A stretch of 63,157 nucleotides of DNA, taken from positions 1 to 63,157 of IMG/VR virus record IMGVR_UViG_3300027804_000072; one strand, written 5' to 3'. This DNA is from a virus. Lineage: Duplodnaviria; Caudoviricetes. Shown in pieces: positions 51,988-63,157 of this stretch. Positions within the stretch are counted from its first letter, which is position 1. Every line of letters starts with the position of its first letter. The notes below the pieces were generated by a model. That model was not told the origin of the DNA. It saw only the letters and a list, made by a program, of their open reading frames with translations, and did no database searches. Made by a program: the position numbers and the translations under genes.

Positions 51988-52680
51988 GTGGATACAGGGC
52001 CAAAAAGTAAGGTAGCTTTATTATACGCCCGAGTTTCGACGTCGATGCAGGTAAACGACGGAATGTCCCTCGATGCGCAGGAGCGCGACTTAAAAAGGGC
52101 CGCCGCGTTGTCTGGATACGACGACGTAGAGCTTCTTCGTGAAGAAGGCCGGTCTGGCAAGAGCATCAAAGGTCGTCCGGTTCTTCGCGAGGCTCTCGAT
52201 CGTCTCGACCGTGGAGACGCCGAAGCGCTGTTCGTCACCAGAATCGACCGTCTCGCTAGATCAACCCAGGACTTCCTCTCGATCATCGACAGAGCCGGGG
52301 CCAACGGATGGAGAATCGTGATGCTCGATCTCAACCTCGACACCTCCTCGTATCAAGGCAGATTCGTCGTCACGATCATGTCAGCCCTCGCCGAGATGGA
52401 ACGTGCCATCATCGCCGAACGGCAGAAGGACGTTCATCGAGATCGCAGAGAAAAAGGTCTCAAGTGGGGAGTAGACCTAGGGCCTAAGCAGAATCTTCCC
52501 ACAGACGTCGTGAGCCAGATCTTTGAATGGCGCGATGCTGGAATGTCCTACGGGAAGATTGCCGATAAACTCAACAAGACAGAGACGCAGACGGCGCAAG
52601 GTAAGAAGTGGTACGCGTCCACGATCAAGTACGTGGTAACTAACTACAAAAAGGAGGGACCGGGAGAGCAATCTACATAG
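51988..52680 (+). CDS. serine recombinase (resolvase catalytic domain + short recombinase/HTH domain)
   Basis: YARVST..Q, SG....RP, V.RIDRLAR, AEMER..I.ER. Confidence 0.92.
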   Translation: MDTGPKSKVALLYARVSTSMQVNDGMSLDAQERDLKRAAALSGYDDVELLREEGRSGKSIKGRPVLREALDRLDRGDAEALFVTRIDRLARSTQDFLSIIDRAGANGWRIVMLDLNLDTSSYQGRFVVTIMSALAEMERAIIAERQKDVHRDRREKGLKWGVDLGPKQNLPTDVVSQIFEWRDAGMSYGKIADKLNKTETQTAQGKKWYASTIKYVVTNYKKEGPGEQST

Positions 52681-52708
52681 CCGTGCGTCATGCTCAATCC
52701 CGGTCCCT
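52655..52708. terminator. inverted repeat at the convergent junction
   Basis: AGGGACCGGGA / TCCCGGTCCCT. Confidence 0.5.
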
Positions 52709-52765
52709 GTGGCCTCGCTCTCTCCCAAAAGCGTTGCCAGGCTTAGTTCAAATGTACATTAAGAT

Positions 52766-53044
52766 CTACTGCTCAGGCGTCATTTCTCCGTCTTTTTTGC
52801 ACGGTCCGTCGAACATTATGATGCCTCGATGAGTCTCCGGCGGAACGTGATCTCCACACTCAATTTGCTCTACGTAGTCAGATCTTAGTGTCACCTTGAG
52901 GTTTGTTCCGTCAAGTCTTGTAGTGTCTGGGATCCCAAGTTTTTCAACTTCATCAAGCCACTTTCTAACGTCGGCGATCGTAGCATCGCTGCTGTTGATC
53001 ATGTATACGCTAGCGGTTCCCGTGACTCTTACTACGGCGCTCAT
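52766..53044 (-). CDS. hypothetical protein
   Basis: ORF with ATGA coupling to the primase gene. Confidence 0.65.
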   Translation of the reverse strand: MSAVVRVTGTASVYMINSSDATIADVRKWLDEVEKLGIPDTTRLDGTNLKVTLRSDYVEQIECGDHVPPETHRGIIMFDGPCKKDGEMTPEQ

Positions 53045-55668
53045 CGAGCAAACCTCGATGCGATCCCCCAGTCAACCTCACCGGTTGACACGGCTCGTGG
53101 CATAAGCATTCTTCCAACGATCTCAGCTCGAGAACCAAAGCCGTTGATCTCCATTCCGCGCTCTGAGATCTTGCGCTGGAACGCAATCTGTGTCATCGGC
53201 TTTTCGCCACGCTCCTCGCTCCACACGCGGTACACTGCGTACAGAGACTTGATCGGTGTCGTCGCGCCTTCAGACTCCTTTGTCTCTTCTTGGAAGAAGA
53301 AACCGATGCGGTCTTCGTTCTTGCGATAGATCTCCGCGGCTTCGCTAACAACAGAGCACCAACCAAGAGCGTCTCTCGCACTCGAGCCGAGAAGTTTGAT
53401 CGCACCTTCGACGGCCCACGAAAGAACAGCAGGCAACCCGCCTTCGGGGTCGAACAGATAGTGCTTGAGATCTGGGTCAGGATTTTCTGGCACGTTAGTA
53501 AGAGGCACGGGACGAATACGTCGCCACATCGCGTCGTCGCTGATGATCGGTCTGTGGTTCGTCGTGATCCACAGTTTTGCGCGTGACTGGAACGTAAACG
53601 GCTTTTCTCCAGGTGAACGTGCTGAGATTTCAGACGAACCCGTAAGTTTCTTAACCGAGTTTTCCTTCATGCGCTCTGACTCTGGCAATTCGTCAACCCA
53701 TACGAGACGTCGTCCACGAAGCTCAGCCCAGTGATACAGATCAGATCCGTGCGACTGACCATCGCCTTGCGCGAGAATGCTTGAGTCAAGTGGCCATGCA
53801 TACTGTGACGTGCCCATCGCTTTGACGAGCGCTTCAACCATCGTGTTTTTACCGGACCCGGGAGGACCGTACACCAAGAACATGATGTCGTATGTGCGAA
53901 GACCAGTCAGTGAGTATCCTGCTGCTTTTTGCAACCACTCCTGCAACTCTCTGTCGCCTCCGGTTGCGAAGTCGATGAACTGTTCCCAGCGAACATTCCT
54001 AATACCAGGGTTGTAAGCGACAGGAGCGCGACGAGTGATGTAAAGATCTGGACGACCACGAAGTAGCTCTCCTGTTCTCAGGTCAATAACTCCGTTTGCT
54101 ACGCCGAGAAGCGTTTCACCGCTGTCCCACGTGTCAACACCGACAAGCACTCTAGGGTCTGATGTTGCGCTTTCAATAGCGTTACCGATACGTGCATTTG
54201 ACTTCGCTTGCTGCGCCCACTTAATCACTTCTGATTGCTTGTCTGCGTCGTCAAGGTAGTGAACTACCTCGCTCGCGATGATCGGCGCAAGCTTCTTTGA
54301 TAGCTCGCGCATTTCTAGATTTTCAACGTCAGGCTTCCAGTACCCGCCGTCCCAGTGAAACCAACCTAGTCCTGGAGTGTATCGAACAGCAGGACCAAAC
54401 GAATCAATGAGTCGTCGTCCATTTCCGGTATCAGTGAGAGTTCGCTTACCAGGTTCGCCACCTTCGTCTTCTCCCAACGCGTCGGGGTCAAGAGGAACAT
54501 CAATGTTTGTAAGCTTACTCGCAGACGAGAGCGAATCACCGTCAACGACAGCGCTATGAACAGAGCCCCCGATAGTACCAGGGAGAGCTTCAATGCTGTA
54601 CGAAGACGACGCTGTAGTAGAAGATTTCGTTTGTTGCTTCTTAGGAGCAGATGTTGAAGTTTCACGCGTCTCCTCCTGAGATTTCTTCGCCCACTCTTGA
54701 AGACCGGGCCACAGTCTTTCGGTCTTCGGATTGTCAAGAACAAACTGAATAGCACGCCGAACGTGCATCAACAATCCACCAGGGCCTTCGAGCTCGAGAG
54801 GAGGACGCACCTTTTCGGCGTTGAATCGAATCATCATCGTCTCGACAGCGAGCTTTCCGGCTTCTGTGTCGACGGGAAACTTGTTTGCAAGAGCGCACGT
54901 CAGCGCGTAGATATCAACTGCACGAGAACCCTCGTCGATACCGTCTGACAAGAGTCTGTCGATGTCAATTTTCTGACCACCAAACTCGATGCCATCGAGG
55001 AAGCCCCAGTCGCCTTCAGACAACGCTGTCTCAAGACGACGAGATCTCTTTCTAAGCGATGCTAGAAGCTCTTCAGGCGCTTCAGCGATGGGGACCTCCC
55101 ACGGCGCCTTGCCTTGAACCCATTCGTAGCACACACCGGAGAAATGTCGCGACGGCGCGATAAGCACGTAACCGTTGTGTTTGATGTCGACGCCAGGAAG
55201 ACCTGACTTCTTGAGGTTGCCGACGAGCGCTTCTGACTCGTCACAGCGATAGAACAGGTGCCGACCACGAATAAGCTTTCCACCCATCGAGTACTCACCA
55301 GTAATCGCTTCAACGGTCGGAGGCAACGCGCCTTCAACAAGCGCCTCAAACTTTTCAAACGAGTCTGGCCCGCCTGAGCGTGGATCGATGTCGATGACAA
55401 AGAAACCGCTTGGGCGACAGAAAACACTGACGTTATTTTGACTGCTTTCTGGCCACCACGACTTGACTGTTTCAACATCGCTCGTTGCATGAATATTCCA
55501 TTCCGGAATGCTCGGATGCTTGCCGACGTCTTTCGGCTCGAGGTGCGTGCCGCCGCACGTGCACTTACCGTTAATGATTCCGTAGCAAGGCATGACCTTC
55601 CAGCCTTGCTGAGCATACCAGAGAGCTGCTGGTCCGAGACGCCCCTCGGCGTTCTCCCAACTACTCAT
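53041..55668 (-). CDS. bifunctional primase-polymerase fused to a D5-like SF3 helicase
   Basis: GKHP, VIDIDPRSGG, RHLFY, GYVLIAPS.H; TDTGNGRR; GPPGSGKNT; WVDE; TNHRP. Confidence 0.92.
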   Translation of the reverse strand: MSSWENAEGRLGPAALWYAQQGWKVMPCYGIINGKCTCGGTHLEPKDVGKHPSIPEWNIHATSDVETVKSWWPESSQNNVSVFCRPSGFFVIDIDPRSGGPDSFEKFEALVEGALPPTVEAITGEYSMGGKLIRGRHLFYRCDESEALVGNLKKSGLPGVDIKHNGYVLIAPSRHFSGVCYEWVQGKAPWEVPIAEAPEELLASLRKRSRRLETALSEGDWGFLDGIEFGGQKIDIDRLLSDGIDEGSRAVDIYALTCALANKFPVDTEAGKLAVETMMIRFNAEKVRPPLELEGPGGLLMHVRRAIQFVLDNPKTERLWPGLQEWAKKSQEETRETSTSAPKKQQTKSSTTASSSYSIEALPGTIGGSVHSAVVDGDSLSSASKLTNIDVPLDPDALGEDEGGEPGKRTLTDTGNGRRLIDSFGPAVRYTPGLGWFHWDGGYWKPDVENLEMRELSKKLAPIIASEVVHYLDDADKQSEVIKWAQQAKSNARIGNAIESATSDPRVLVGVDTWDSGETLLGVANGVIDLRTGELLRGRPDLYITRRAPVAYNPGIRNVRWEQFIDFATGGDRELQEWLQKAAGYSLTGLRTYDIMFLVYGPPGSGKNTMVEALVKAMGTSQYAWPLDSSILAQGDGQSHGSDLYHWAELRGRRLVWVDELPESERMKENSVKKLTGSSEISARSPGEKPFTFQSRAKLWITTNHRPIISDDAMWRRIRPVPLTNVPENPDPDLKHYLFDPEGGLPAVLSWAVEGAIKLLGSSARDALGWCSVVSEAAEIYRKNEDRIGFFFQEETKESEGATTPIKSLYAVYRVWSEERGEKPMTQIAFQRKISERGMEINGFGSRAEIVGRMLMPRAVSTGEVDWGIASRFAR

Positions 55669-55930
55669 TGGAACCTGCGACGACTAAACTAGTTGATTGC
55701 GAATACTCGCTCGACATGTGACACCTTGAATTGGGAGAAGTAATGATGCCGCTACGGACTACTGAAAAGACAACAGTTGAAATATAACCGGGCACAGTCT
55801 CTCTCCAAGGCATCGACTTAGTTTTTCTTTGAGAATTCGACAATATCACAAGCAAGACGCTTTAGTCGTGATAATGTTCAATACATCTTCTAGTACATGG
55901 TACCGTTACAGAAACTAGCGTGGAGGGTTC

Positions 55931-56179
55931 ATGGGTAGTCTTTTCGATGACATTCAAAAAGAAAAAGCGGCCGCTGGTAACAAATCCAGAATTGCAGAGA
56001 TCCTAGAAGATCTGAGCGACTCGGACAGAAAAGATTTGCTAAAGGCGCTCAATGATCACAGCATCCCCGCGTCTAACATCTCAAAAGCAATGGGAAAGCG
56101 TGGTTACAAACTAGCGATTAACGTGATTAGTCGCTACCGACGTGGAGAGCTGGTGACTAAGTTCGATGAGTCTATCTGA
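55931..56179 (+). CDS. small putative DNA-binding protein
   Basis: ORF with GGAGG SD. Confidence 0.65.
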   Translation: MGSLFDDIQKEKAAAGNKSRIAEILEDLSDSDRKDLLKALNDHSIPASNISKAMGKRGYKLAINVISRYRRGELVTKFDESI

Positions 56180-57182
56180 TGAAATCCGCAGTGAAGACGA
56201 GATTACTGAGCTTAAAAAAGCGCTGAAAAGAGCGCAGCAGGCTGAGTACAAGGCGAAAAGAGCAAGTGAGGACATCGTCGAGGCTGTCTATACAGCAGCT
56301 CGAGACGCGGCTCTGGCTTCTCATAAGCCAAAGACCGTCGCAGCAAAGCCACCGGCTAAGGACACTCGAAAAGGTAAAGCAGAGCACGCCCTGATCCACC
56401 CAACGGACTGGCAGCTCGGCAAGAAGACCGCCGGGTACGACATCGAGACGTGCGGCCGCCGTATGGAGCAGTTTACTCAAAAGGTGATGGAGTTGACAGA
56501 ACTTCAGCGCGCTCATCACCCAGTACGTGAATGCACCATCATGTTCGGTGGCGACATGGTCGAAGGCATTACGATCTTCCCGGGACAGGCCTGGGAGGTT
56601 GAAGCTCACCTTTTCGAGCAGCTCTTTGAGACAGTTCGCATCGAAGAGATGATCGTTCGGTCTCTTGCGCAGTTCTTCGAAAAGGTCAACGTCGTGTGTG
56701 AATACGGCAACCACGGACGTCTGGGCCGCAAGGGTGAACTGCCGGCGAATGATAACATAGACGCCATTTCATACAGAATTGCCTCAGAAAGAACCCGCGA
56801 CCTCAAAAACGTCTCGTGGCAGCTCTCGTCTGACTGGTATCAGATCGTGACGATCGGAAACTATCGAGCACTTCTTGTTCATGGTGACGAGATCAAGTCT
56901 TTCGGCGGAAACACACCCGCATTTGGTATTCTAAGAAAGTGCAACGCGTGGGCGACAGGCGTAGTTCCTGACTTCCACGACGTGTACATGGGCCATTTCC
57001 ACACGCCGATGAGTCTTACGATGGCGAACGGCGGGCGCATCTTTGTTACCGGGTCTCCAGAATCCGAAAGCGTCTATGCCGCTGAGTTTATTGCTGCAAA
57101 GGGTAAGCCGTCGCAACGGCTTCACTTCATCGACCCAGACAAGGCACGAGTAACAGCAGAGTACGTCATCTGGCTTGACTAA
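56166..57182 (+). CDS. metallophosphoesterase
   Basis: TDWQ, GGDMVEG, GNHG, HGD, GHFH. Confidence 0.85.
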   Translation: MSLSDEIRSEDEITELKKALKRAQQAEYKAKRASEDIVEAVYTAARDAALASHKPKTVAAKPPAKDTRKGKAEHALIHPTDWQLGKKTAGYDIETCGRRMEQFTQKVMELTELQRAHHPVRECTIMFGGDMVEGITIFPGQAWEVEAHLFEQLFETVRIEEMIVRSLAQFFEKVNVVCEYGNHGRLGRKGELPANDNIDAISYRIASERTRDLKNVSWQLSSDWYQIVTIGNYRALLVHGDEIKSFGGNTPAFGILRKCNAWATGVVPDFHDVYMGHFHTPMSLTMANGGRIFVTGSPESESVYAAEFIAAKGKPSQRLHFIDPDKARVTAEYVIWLD

Positions 57183-57207
57183 GTTGCACAGAGTGCCATA
57201 GAGTAAT

Positions 57208-57603
57208 ATGAAGTTGATGGCACTCAAGCGAAAAAAGACCACGGTACGGCGCTCGCACGTCCTCGAGCTCGCTGACGAGATATCATCTCGACAGATAGAA
57301 GATGACTCGTTAGACGAGCTTACCCGGGTCGGGCTTCTCTGGGCTGGAGTTCTCGGTCTCGATGAGCCTGTAGAAGCAACAGAGGTCGCTGCCATGCTAT
57401 GTGCATACGAGCTCATTAGAGCAACCCGTCTTGTCGACGCCGAACCTCACTGGGTAAATGTTGCGTCTTTCGCCGCTATCGGCGCCTCCTGCGAAAGACC
57501 GGAGGTCGGTATCGACCCGCTCATTGACGAAGATTTTGATGATAAAATATCTGGTAGCCCTATAGGCTTTTCTCCTGGGCATACAACCTCACCACGCAAC
57601 TAA
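57208..57603 (+). CDS. DUF6378-like hypothetical protein
   Basis: VL..A..I...R..LW...LG...VA.ML...R...W...A.FA. Confidence 0.5.
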   Translation: MKLMALKRKKTTVRRSHVLELADEISSRQIEDDSLDELTRVGLLWAGVLGLDEPVEATEVAAMLCAYELIRATRLVDAEPHWVNVASFAAIGASCERPEVGIDPLIDEDFDDKISGSPIGFSPGHTTSPRN

Positions 57604-57641
57604 TTTGATAGAATATCGGCAAGTGTCCGATTGGAGTCTGC

Positions 57642-58802
57642 GTGTCTTGGCCTAACTACGTGCTTACTAGAGTTGTCACCGGCAACTACGTAACAGCCTC
57701 GGGTTCTGCTGCGAGCGGCCGTGTCATTTTCACCCCTACGTCGCGCGTTATTGATGAGAATAATGCAGTCATAGTTGAAGACTCGATCACAGCAACTCTT
57801 GATGCAAACGGCGAATTCAGCATTGCTCTCCCAACTACAGACAACACGGCTCTTAATCCGGTCGGTTGGGCGTACGAGGTCAGCGTACGCATACATGGTC
57901 TTCGTCCACGAAAGTTCTTCGCGTTTCTTCCGTACGGAGACGGATCTGCTGTAAATATAAATAATGAAATCAGCACTCAACCGACGCCTGTGACGTCTTC
58001 TCCGTTTGCAAATTACGAGATAGTTCCGGAGCAGTCAGGGCCCGCAGTCGAGTGGCCAAGCGACGTTCTTACAAGGGCTATCACGGCAACCTACGTGACA
58101 GCTACAGGAGCAGCCGCAAAAGGTAGAGTCACCTTCACCCCGACCGCCAGAGTCGTTGATGAAAGAGACTCGGTCATCATCGAAGACACCATCGTCGCAA
58201 ACCTAGACGCGAACGGTTCGATCTCGCTGAGCCTTCCGACGACTGACAACACTCTTCTAAAGCCAGAAAACTGGGCCTATGAGGTAAACGTTCGTCTGTA
58301 CGGTGTCAAGCCGCTTAAGTTCTTCATTCTTCTTCCATACGGAGACGGTACCGCCGTAGACCTGATCAATTCCGTCAGCACCGTATCAACCACGATCGCG
58401 GATTCCACAATTCAGACCTCTACTCTCCGCGGCCCTGTCGGCCCAAGAGGTCCAGGAACTATCGTGGGATCTGGAGCTCCAGGGGCGCTAGTTGGCTTCG
58501 ATGGAGATATCTACATAGATGAAGACCTAGGCGAATATTACGGGCCAAAGGCCAACGGCGTGTGGCCAGCTTCTCCGTTCTTTTCAATCACAAGTGTCTC
58601 AAATCTTACCCAAAGACACGTGCACACTCAGACCGTAGCTTCAGCTACGTGGAACATCACTCATGCTCTTGGCGGAAGGCCTTCTGTGACAGTCGTAGAC
58701 ACCGGCGCAACTGTCGTCGTTGGAGACGTGGCCTATAATAGTGATACATCGGTGACAGTTTCATTCGCCGCGCCCTTCTCAGGCTACGCGTATCTCACAT
58801 AG
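57642..58802 (+). CDS. putative minor tail/virion protein with an internal duplication
   Basis: Two ~105-aa repeats; G.DGDIYID; W.ITH.LG..PSV.V.D. Confidence 0.65.
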   Translation: MSWPNYVLTRVVTGNYVTASGSAASGRVIFTPTSRVIDENNAVIVEDSITATLDANGEFSIALPTTDNTALNPVGWAYEVSVRIHGLRPRKFFAFLPYGDGSAVNINNEISTQPTPVTSSPFANYEIVPEQSGPAVEWPSDVLTRAITATYVTATGAAAKGRVTFTPTARVVDERDSVIIEDTIVANLDANGSISLSLPTTDNTLLKPENWAYEVNVRLYGVKPLKFFILLPYGDGTAVDLINSVSTVSTTIADSTIQTSTLRGPVGPRGPGTIVGSGAPGALVGFDGDIYIDEDLGEYYGPKANGVWPASPFFSITSVSNLTQRHVHTQTVASATWNITHALGGRPSVTVVDTGATVVVGDVAYNSDTSVTVSFAAPFSGYAYLT

Positions 58803-58814
58803 GAGTTCTCTTCC

Positions 58815-60152
58815 ATGGCACAGAAGTTTCTCACAAACATAGATCTCAACAAGAACCAGCTCCTTAACGCTGTCATTCAGAAGCTTGGCGCCGATCCTAC
58901 CACCGGTCTAGTTGAAGGCTGGATCATTTATCGCACAGATCTAGACGTTCTTAAGATCTGCGATGGCACCGCATGGCACGTCCTAATCGAGAACGTTCAG
59001 TCAGGTGGCACTCACTCAAGCGCTCTTAGCATCACTGAGAGCGGCGGAGTAATAACGATCACTCCTAACCTTGCAGATGGCTCAAACGCCGGTCTGCTTT
59101 CGTCTACTTTCTACTCAGATCTAAACTCTGCAACATCAACGAACACGAACGGAACTCTCGCTAAGCGAGACGGCAGCGGCCGTCTACAGGTGACATCACC
59201 ATCTGCGGATCTTGACGCGGCAAACAAGGCGTACGTTGACGCGGCTCGCTCCGGTCTTGACGTTAAGGCCTCTGTAAAGTATGCGACAAACGCGGCTTTA
59301 GCGACGTACACTCATAGCTCTGGAGTCTTGACAGCTTCTACAAACGGCGCGTTCTCGATCGACGGCGCGACGTTTACTTCAGGTGACAATGGAACTCGCG
59401 TTCTTGTAAAGAACGAGACATCAAGCAACGCTCCGTATAACGGTATCTACACAGTCACTGACGCCGGCGGCGCAGGCGCGCCCTGGGTGTTGACTCGAGC
59501 CACCGACGCTGACTCGAACACCGAGGTCACCCCTGGACTGTTCACATTCGTTGAACAAGGCACCGCGTGGGCTGACTCCGGCTGGATTCTTACAACAGAC
59601 GGGGCGATCACACTTGGTTCTACAAACCTAACCTTCGTTCAGTTCTCCGCTGCCGGTCAAAGCATTGCTGGTAACGGTCTTACAAAGACCGGTAACACGA
59701 TTGACGTAGTCGGGACAGCAGATCGCATCGTGGCTAACGCTGACTCGATCGACATCGCGAGTACGTACGTCGGTCAGTCAAGCATCACTACATTAGGCAC
59801 AATCACCACCGGCACATGGAACGGTGTTGACATCGCAGTGGCCGACGGCGGTACGGGCTCATCTACAGCGTCTGGCGCACGAACAAACCTTGCCGGAGAT
59901 ATTACCGGAGGGTCCACAAGTACACCCGCTCTTGCTAAGGTAGCTTCTCAGACAATCGGCGACAACAGCAGCACTTCATTCACTGTCACTCACAACTTCA
60001 ACACAAGAGATGTTGTTGTTCAAGTCTATGAAGTTAACTCACCATACGACACCGTGCACGTAGACGTTGCTCGCGCAACTGTAAACACGGTAACAGTCAC
60101 GTTTGCGTCAGCTCCGTCGACAGATTCGTATAGAGTAGTAGTTACAGGTTGA
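58815..60152 (+). CDS. tail-fibre-like virion protein
   Basis: AANKAYVD, RVLVKN...NGIY..W.LTRA.D, GGTG, VTHN.NT.DV.V. Confidence 0.75.
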   Translation: MAQKFLTNIDLNKNQLLNAVIQKLGADPTTGLVEGWIIYRTDLDVLKICDGTAWHVLIENVQSGGTHSSALSITESGGVITITPNLADGSNAGLLSSTFYSDLNSATSTNTNGTLAKRDGSGRLQVTSPSADLDAANKAYVDAARSGLDVKASVKYATNAALATYTHSSGVLTASTNGAFSIDGATFTSGDNGTRVLVKNETSSNAPYNGIYTVTDAGGAGAPWVLTRATDADSNTEVTPGLFTFVEQGTAWADSGWILTTDGAITLGSTNLTFVQFSAAGQSIAGNGLTKTGNTIDVVGTADRIVANADSIDIASTYVGQSSITTLGTITTGTWNGVDIAVADGGTGSSTASGARTNLAGDITGGSTSTPALAKVASQTIGDNSSTSFTVTHNFNTRDVVVQVYEVNSPYDTVHVDVARATVNTVTVTFASAPSTDSYRVVVTG

Positions 60153-60202
60153 TAGTTCGCCTCGAGGGGCAAACATAAAAAACAGCGCAGAGTTGAGGCT
60201 CT

Positions 60203-63157
60203 ATGTCATTCAAACTATTTAATCTATTGCGTGCTCGCTATTTCAATAGTGAAAGCAACGCCGCGATCGAGGTTGGTATCGCAGGCGAGCCAAACCCTCG
60301 GCTAGCTGTTGACGCCGGCGGCCGTATTACTTGGGGAGATGGCACCAACGCAACAGACACTAATCTCTATCGAGATTCTGCAAACACGCTTAAGACCGAC
60401 GATACACTTAAGGTTCCCGCTCTCTACGTAGACAGTATTGAGGTAGACACGACAGGTGCCGCTACTGGAAATACTTTTGTCTACAATGGAACAAAATTTG
60501 CGCCAGGGACAGCTACCGTCAACATCCCAGGTGGCGAGCCGATCGGACACACGGACAAAACACAGAGTGTCATTTCCTTTGATGAAGGCAACCGTAGATT
60601 TTCTATTGCCCCAGTATCTGGGTCATTCGAAGTCTGGTGTAAGGGCGTCAAGTTTACAAAAACCACCACGGAAACAATAGACATTCCCGACACCAGTGGT
60701 CTTTACTATATTCACTATGACAATACTGGCGAACTTTCCTACAGCACGACGTTTTATGATTGGGAAAACGACACGCCTACCGCATATGTTTATTGGAACG
60801 AAGTCGATAACAAAGCATATTTCTTTGCGGATGAACGTCATGGAATTGTTCTTGACTGGGCAACACATGAGTATCTTCATAGAACCCGTGGTGCCGCAAT
60901 CGCCAATGGATTTGGTGCCAACAACTACACCACGACCGGCGACGGTTCACTAGATGCTCATGCAAAGATTGATATTGCCGACGGAACCTTCTTTGATGAA
61001 GACCTACAGGTAGATATCACGCACTCTGCATCCCCAACCGCGAATACATGGCAGCAGCGGCTACAGGGTGGCGCTTACATCCCAGTTTTTTATCGCCTCA
61101 ATAATCACTGGACAACGGACACAGCGACGCAGTTCCCAATGAAACAGGGGACATCTCTCGTTCAATACAACCGAAACACCGCGGGAACCTGGTCGACAAC
61201 CGATATCAGTAACAACAAATTCGGCATCACATGGATTACTGCCACAAATAATCTTGGTAACCCGATCATAGGTGTGCTGGGCCAGGCCGAATACAACAAT
61301 CAAGGTGAAGCCGAAGCGATCACATGGGAGCAGATGGACCTTGGTGGATTTCCTGTTTTTGAGTTTAGACCTCTCTATAAGATCATTTACCAAACAGCCA
61401 ACGCTTATGCGAATACACCAAATGCTCGCATTATCTCGGTTGTCGATAAGCGAGTATCTATTCCTCTTGGTGGTGTTCCTGCAACACCAGTCTCTGACCA
61501 CGGCTCACTCACCGGTCTTTCTGACGACGATCACACACAATATCTACTCGCCGATGGCACCCGCAACGCTTCGTCACTGAACGTGACCGGCGCATTGTCG
61601 TCATCAACTCTTACAGTTGACAGCATCGAGATCGACACGACGGGCGCTACAACTGATCAGGCGCTTGTTTTCAATGGGACAAAGTTTGCGCCATCGACTG
61701 CTGTGGGACCGCAAGGTGCTCAGGGGGCGCAAGGGCCACAGGGCGCTACCGGCCCGCAAGGAGCTACCGGCGCTCAGGGTGCTACCGGCCCACAAGGCGC
61801 CACTGGGCCACAAGGACCACAAGGTGACGTCGGCGCTCAAGGAGCGCAAGGTCCGCAAGGCGCAACTGGCGCTCAGGGAGCAACAGGTGCTCAAGGCGCT
61901 ACAGGAGCACAAGGTCCGCAAGGTGACACAGGCGCACAGGGCCCGCAGGGAGACACTGGACCTCAAGGCGCGACTGGTCCTCAAGGTGCGCAGGGCGCTC
62001 AGGGCGCTACAGGAGCAACTGGTAGTCAAGGCCCGCAGGGTTCAATCGGACCACAAGGAGATACCGGTCCGCAGGGTTCAACGGGTCCACAAGGTCCGCA
62101 AGGTGCAACAGAAGCTCAGGGTGCAACCGGTGCGCAGGGTGCCACGGGCGCTCAAGGTGCCCAGGGCCCGCAGGGAGACACTGGACCTCAAGGTCCGCAG
62201 GGTGATATCGGGGCGCAGGGTGCCACCGGAGCACAGGGCGCGACGGGTGCTACCGGAGCACAGGGTGCGCAGGGTGCTACCGGCCCGCAAGGTGATGTTG
62301 GTCCGCAAGGTGCAACAGGAGCACAGGGGCCGCAAGGTGCTGTCGGTCCACAGGGAGCAACTGGAGCACAAGGCGCGCAAGGCGCAACAGGGGCACAGGG
62401 GCCGCAAGGCGATGTTGGTCCACAAGGAGCAACTGGAGCAACTGGGGCACAAGGTGCACAGGGGCCGCAAGGTGACACTGGACCACAAGGCCCACAAGGA
62501 GCACAAGGTGCAACTGGAGCGCAAGGTGCCACGGGTGCTCAAGGAGCAGCAGGAGCGCAAGGTGCTCAAGGCGCACAAGGAAACTTTGGCGGAGTCACAT
62601 TTGACTACACCTTTGATTCCAATACCGACCAGACAGACCCCGGCACTGGAAAACTTAAGTTTGACAATGCGTCGCTAAACTTATCAACAGAGCTCGTCAT
62701 CGACGACGTAGACGACAACTCAACAGACATTCAATCGTATCTGCGCACAATTGATGATTCAACAAGCGCCATCAAGGGACACTTTAGGGTCTCCAAGAAA
62801 ACAGATTCATCAGCATTTGCACTCTTTACAGTTTCATCGGTAGTCGAGGAAACTGGATTTTTCAGAGTTATTTCGTCTTATGTGACAGGGTCTAGTGCGA
62901 CTCCGTTCGCTAACAACGATGACGTGATCATTACCTTTGCACGCACTGGCGATGTTGGTGCGCAAGGTGCGCAAGGAGCAACTGGAGCGCAAGGTGCCAC
63001 TGGTGCTCAAGGTGCTACGGGTGCGCAGGGTCCGCAAGGTGATGTTGGCACTACAGGAGCGCAAGGACCGCAAGGCGCGACGGGACCGCAAGGCGCAACC
63101 GGTGCGCAGGGTGCAACTGGAGCAACTGGGGCACAAGGTGCACAGGGGCCGCAAGGT
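60203..63157 (+). CDS. collagen-like tail fibre protein (partial, runs off the window)
   Basis: ATG at 60203 (MSFKLFN) is in frame with Gly-X-Y (GPQ/GAQ/GAT) tracts at ~61706-62580 and ~62948-end; absent from the ORF track because no stop is reached. Confidence 0.85.
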   Translation, partial: MSFKLFNLLRARYFNSESNAAIEVGIAGEPNPRLAVDAGGRITWGDGTNATDTNLYRDSANTLKTDDTLKVPALYVDSIEVDTTGAATGNTFVYNGTKFAPGTATVNIPGGEPIGHTDKTQSVISFDEGNRRFSIAPVSGSFEVWCKGVKFTKTTTETIDIPDTSGLYYIHYDNTGELSYSTTFYDWENDTPTAYVYWNEVDNKAYFFADERHGIVLDWATHEYLHRTRGAAIANGFGANNYTTTGDGSLDAHAKIDIADGTFFDEDLQVDITHSASPTANTWQQRLQGGAYIPVFYRLNNHWTTDTATQFPMKQGTSLVQYNRNTAGTWSTTDISNNKFGITWITATNNLGNPIIGVLGQAEYNNQGEAEAITWEQMDLGGFPVFEFRPLYKIIYQTANAYANTPNARIISVVDKRVSIPLGGVPATPVSDHGSLTGLSDDDHTQYLLADGTRNASSLNVTGALSSSTLTVDSIEIDTTGATTDQALVFNGTKFAPSTAVGPQGAQGAQGPQGATGPQGATGAQGATGPQGATGPQGPQGDVGAQGAQGPQGATGAQGATGAQGATGAQGPQGDTGAQGPQGDTGPQGATGPQGAQGAQGATGATGSQGPQGSIGPQGDTGPQGSTGPQGPQGATEAQGATGAQGATGAQGAQGPQGDTGPQGPQGDIGAQGATGAQGATGATGAQGAQGATGPQGDVGPQGATGAQGPQGAVGPQGATGAQGAQGATGAQGPQGDVGPQGATGATGAQGAQGPQGDTGPQGPQGAQGATGAQGATGAQGAAGAQGAQGAQGNFGGVTFDYTFDSNTDQTDPGTGKLKFDNASLNLSTELVIDDVDDNSTDIQSYLRTIDDSTSAIKGHFRVSKKTDSSAFALFTVSSVVEETGFFRVISSYVTGSSATPFANNDDVIITFARTGDVGAQGAQGATGAQGATGAQGATGAQGPQGDVGTTGAQGPQGATGPQGATGAQGATGATGAQGAQGPQG

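Noticed and set aside
62111-62113. Single Gly-to-Glu break (GAA) in the collagen repeat
   Set aside because: One base change that could be a sequencing error or a neutral interruption
61604-63154. Long alternative-frame ORFs (e.g. [11 protein letters not shown] repeats)
   Set aside because: Shadows of the collagen Gly-X-Y repeats of the gene starting at 60203

Overview
This is a 63 kb fragment of a large tailed dsDNA phage, probably infecting an actinobacterium. The host inference rests on two WhiB genes, DUF3039- and DUF732-like proteins, an LPXTG protein and leaderless starts. Recognisable genes include a large terminase, ThyX, an HslV-like Ntn protease, a MoxR AAA+/VWA pair, class II ribonucleotide reductase, Fpg/Nei glycosylase, an M15 endolysin, a serine recombinase, a Prim-Pol/SF3 helicase, three tRNAs and tail-fibre/collagen genes that run off the right end. 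The outstanding feature is a ~22 kb minus-strand array (8.6-30.4 kb) of mostly tiny genes. Nearly every unit is headed by its own copy of an 18-bp direct repeat, TCTAAAGAAGTTATAATG (59 copies by manual count). The repeat contains a -10 box and often supplies the previous gene's stop codon. Three further layers sit on this array: (i) ORF-less structured-RNA cassettes, including a ~270-nt one; (ii) ten same-orientation CCGTCTGC-N16-18-CAGGCCGG sites; (iii) 3' hairpins whose loops are complementary to the cassettes' Shine-Dalgarno/leader sequences. All calls come from reading motifs by eye. No searches or folding were run, and counts and coordinates may be off by a few.
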